NCBI GenBank assembly: GCA_902613845.1
Contig: CACMIW010000005.1
Location: forward strand, 60,535-92,534
Length of the DNA: 32,000 nucleotides
DNA from: an uncultured Alphaproteobacteria bacterium
GTDB lineage: Bacteria; Pseudomonadota; Alphaproteobacteria; HIMB59
Direction: 5' to 3'
The translations under genes were made by a program, and so were the position numbers. Each line of letters begins with the position of its first letter. Within the stretch, counting starts at the first letter, position 1. Of this stretch, positions 29,652-32,000 are shown one piece after another. The notes beneath the pieces were generated by a model. The model had not been told where the DNA came from and did not search any database. It worked only from the letters and a program-made list of their open reading frames with translations.

Positions 29652-30991
29652 TTAAATCTAGTAATATTTTTTTCTAGCCAATTTGTATTATATATACCGT
29701 CGATAAAGTCTTTTTGATTTAAAATCCATTTGTGTAATTCAATATTTGTATCTATACCATCAATAATAATTTCATCTAATGATCTCTTCATTATTGATAT
29801 AGCTTCATTTCTATCTTTTCCCTTAGATAAGATTTTTAATACTAGACTGTCATAGTGAGGGTTTACCTTATAATTTGTGTATAAGGCTGTATCTATTCTA
29901 ACTCCTCTTCCTCCTGGTAGGTTTATGAAGTTTATCGTTCCTGGGCTTGGTGAAAAATTTTTTGCATTTTCTGCGTTTATTCTACACTCAATTGTGTGAT
30001 TTCTTCTCATCAAATTAGCTAAATCTACTTTATATCCAGCAGCAACCATTATTTGATATTTGACTAAATCAATGTCAAATGCCTCTTCAGTTACTGGATG
30101 TTCAACTTGCAATCTTGTATTCATCTCTATAAAAAATACTTCATTGTCTTGATATAAAAATTCTAAGGTTCCTAAACCTTCATACTTATTTTTGAGAAGC
30201 AAATCTTTTATGTTTTTCTCTATTTTTTCTAAATTATTTATTTTTACAAAATCTGAAGGTATTTCCTCAATAATCTTTTGATTTTTGCGCTGAATTGAGC
30301 AATCTCTTTGTCCAATTATTTCAGCATAGTTATTTACAGGATCTGATATAACTTGAAATTCTATGTGTTTTGCATTAGTTAGAAATTTTTCAGCATACAT
30401 AGTGTCATCTCCAAAATAGTTTTTTGCCTCTGCTTTTAATTGAGAAAAGAACTTATCAATTTCACTTTTATTAGTAAAAACCCTCATACCTTTGCCACCA
30501 CCACCATATGCAGCTTTAATTACTATAGGCAGGCCAATTTCATTAGCTTTTTTTAGAGCCTCGCTAGCATTTTCTATATTTTTGGAATTTTTATCTCCTA
30601 ATATAGGTAATCCAAAGTTATTTGCCAAATTTAAAGCATTGCTTTTATTACCTAATTCTAAGATAGATTTAGAACTTGGCCCTATGAACTTCACTTTGTG
30701 TGAATTCAATATTTTTGAAAATTTATCATTTTCACTTAAAAACCCATAACCTGGATGGACTGCATCAGCTCCTGTTATCTCGATAGCGCTAATTATACTT
30801 GGAATATTTAAATAACTTCCATTAGGAAGTGCACTTCCAACACAAATACTCTCATCAGCAAGTTTTACATGCATTGCTTCTGTATCTACATTAGAGTGAA
30901 TTGCCACAGTCTTGATATTAAGCTCTTTACAAGCCCGTATAATACGAACAGCAATTTCTCCTCTATTAGCTACTAGTATTTTTTTAAACAA
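29648..30991 (-). CDS. accC: Acetyl-CoA carboxylase, biotin carboxylase subunit
   Basis: 447 aa. MFKKILVANRGEIAVRIIRA, the ATP-grasp GGGGKGMR, and EMNTRLQVEHPVTE. Confidence 0.98.
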   Translation of the reverse strand: MFKKILVANRGEIAVRIIRACKELNIKTVAIHSNVDTEAMHVKLADESICVGSALPNGSYLNIPSIISAIEITGADAVHPGYGFLSENDKFSKILNSHKVKFIGPSSKSILELGNKSNALNLANNFGLPILGDKNSKNIENASEALKKANEIGLPIVIKAAYGGGGKGMRVFTNKSEIDKFFSQLKAEAKNYFGDDTMYAEKFLTNAKHIEFQVISDPVNNYAEIIGQRDCSIQRKNQKIIEEIPSDFVKINNLEKIEKNIKDLLLKNKYEGLGTLEFLYQDNEVFFIEMNTRLQVEHPVTEEAFDIDLVKYQIMVAAGYKVDLANLMRRNHTIECRINAENAKNFSPSPGTINFINLPGGRGVRIDTALYTNYKVNPHYDSLVLKILSKGKDRNEAISIMKRSLDEIIIDGIDTNIELHKWILNQKDFIDGIYNTNWLEKNITRFN

Positions 30992-31420
30992 TTACAATAT
31001 TTCAAAAAGAGGTTGACCAAATTCGACAGCCTCTCCATTTTTAACCATTATTGTTTTAATTGTACAATCTCTGTCAGATTTAATTTCATTAAATGTTTTC
31101 ATAGCCTCAATTAAACATATAGTGTCCCCTTTTTTAATCTTTTGACCTTTTTTAGCAAATGGCGGAGAGCTAGGTTTCGGTGTGAGGTAAATAATACCTA
31201 CCATAGGACTATCAATGCTAATTAAACTATCATTCTTAACATTTTCGTTACTAGCAGGTAGAATATTTTGTGTATTTTTAGCAGTGTCATAAGTTGTTAT
31301 ATTATTTGAAATTTCAATAGTATTTGTTCTATTTGATAGTTTAATTGAACCTAAATTATTATCTTTAATTTTTTTTATTAAGTTATCAATTGTATCATTA
31401 ATTTTTTTATCTATCATCAT
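30992..31420 (-). CDS. accB: Acetyl-CoA carboxylase, biotin carboxyl carrier protein
   Basis: Biotinylation motif EAMKTFNEI and the C-terminal GEAVEFGQPLFEI. The ATG at 31420 has TAGGT 9 nt upstream. The ORF track uses the in-frame TTG at 31426. The stop abuts the accC start. Confidence 0.95.
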   Translation of the reverse strand: MMIDKKINDTIDNLIKKIKDNNLGSIKLSNRTNTIEISNNITTYDTAKNTQNILPASNENVKNDSLISIDSPMVGIIYLTPKPSSPPFAKKGQKIKKGDTICLIEAMKTFNEIKSDRDCTIKTIMVKNGEAVEFGQPLFEIL

Positions 31421-31468
31421 ATACAATATACCTAATAGATTTCAAAATAAAACTCTTATATAGACAAA

Positions 31469-32000
31469 CTATTTAAATTGTTTTGCTAACTTTAAATTTT
31501 GATTAAAGTAATTTGATTTAATTTTACTACCATAGCTGTCTTTTTTAATATCATCAATTTCATAATAGTTCAACTGACCAACGAGCTGACCATCCCTTAT
31601 TATAAAGGGTGTATCATAAGCACGTAATTCTAGAACAGCAGGAGTGCCAGATTTATTATTGCCAAATCCAGGATCAAAAAATCCAGCGTAGTGTACTCTA
31701 AAATTACCAAAACTATCTTTGAAAGGTTCAAGTTCTGCAGCTTGATTATTTTTTATTTTAATTGCCTCTTTTGATCGAAGAATATAGAACTCATCTCTCT
31801 CAATTATAAAATAATTATCTTCAGGTATAATTTTCTCCCAATATTTTTCTGATTTATAAAATTTTATTTTGTTTAAATCAATCGCTGATGTGATCTTTTT
31901 AGCTTTATAAGCAGAAATTTGATTTCTTTTAATTGATACTGAAATATTAATTTGTTTAATTTTATTTTCTATATTTGATCCTTGAAAAAATCTTATTTGG
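31469..32000 (-). CDS. C-terminal 176 aa of a dCTP-deaminase-like protein (DCD family common in Alphaproteobacteria); 5' end lies outside the window
   Basis: Hand translation of the minus strand is open from the window edge to a TAG at 31471-31469: ...FRVHYAGFFDPGFGNNKSGTPAVLELRAYDTPFIIRDGQLVGQLNYYEI...GSKIKSNYFNQNLKLAKQFK. As I recall, the HYAGFFDPGFG and SNY..Q.LKL.K.F segments match that family. Not in the ORF track because it has no start in the window. Confidence 0.6.
   Translation of the reverse strand, partial: QIRFFQGSNIENKIKQINISVSIKRNQISAYKAKKITSAIDLNKIKFYKSEKYWEKIIPEDNYFIIERDEFYILRSKEAIKIKNNQAAELEPFKDSFGNFRVHYAGFFDPGFGNNKSGTPAVLELRAYDTPFIIRDGQLVGQLNYYEIDDIKKDSYGSKIKSNYFNQNLKLAKQFK

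Noticed and set aside
10047-30749. Other antisense or overlapping ORFs in the track (10047-10343, 10416-10655, 12810-13061, 13400-13642, 14646-14918, 16998-17186, 17381-17626, 17669-17926, 19608-19793, 21975-22169, 25171-25395, 30492-30749)
   Set aside because: Each is embedded in a confidently identified conserved gene on the other strand. None has its own start context or recognisable domain.
31675-31680. Homopolymer run (six T on the minus strand) in the dCTP-deaminase-like gene, considered as a frameshift site
   Set aside because: On careful re-reading, the frame continues through it as GFFDPGFG, so there is no frameshift.
1-32000. Search for CRISPR repeats, transposase or integrase genes, inverted terminal repeats, phage or defence genes, and long direct repeats
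   Set aside because: None seen. Almost every base is accounted for by conserved housekeeping genes, and the only sizeable non-coding piece is the tRNA. A by-eye repeat search is not exhaustive, so a self-dot-plot would settle it.

Overview
Strongly AT-rich, very tightly packed bacterial DNA using the standard genetic code. Gene order and composition suggest a streamlined alphaproteobacterium, possibly SAR11/Pelagibacterales-like; that assignment is inference only. Bases 1-22505 form one uninterrupted plus-strand block of core expression genes: rpoB (5' partial), rpoC, rpsL-rpsG-fusA, the S10, spc and alpha ribosomal-protein clusters, secY, adk, rpoA and rplQ. Ten gene junctions in this block are TAATG stop/start overlaps. 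crcB and an RluA-family pseudouridine synthase follow directly. The rest holds housekeeping genes: lipB (-), tRNA-Leu(GAG), mgtE, a phosphomannomutase/phosphoglucomutase, a DD-carboxypeptidase with a SPOR-like tail (-), an NDUFA12-like protein, two tandem MlaD-like proteins, a DUF2155-like protein, accC and accB (-), and the 3' part of a dCTP-deaminase-like gene (-). I saw no mobile elements, CRISPR array, phage, toxin or defence genes, and no obvious intrinsic terminators. This is mostly an ordinary core region, and I do not claim a clearly novel system. The most under-explained part is the coupled NDUFA12-like / MlaD x2 / DUF2155 module at 28169-29651. Other points worth a second look: tuf is absent between fusA and rpsJ, and rpmD (L30) is absent between rpsE and rplO. 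A shortened L29 gene is missing from the ORF track. The usual autoregulatory leader regions have no room to exist. Three convergent gene pairs overlap at their 3' ends. Two promoters may yield near-leaderless mRNAs.
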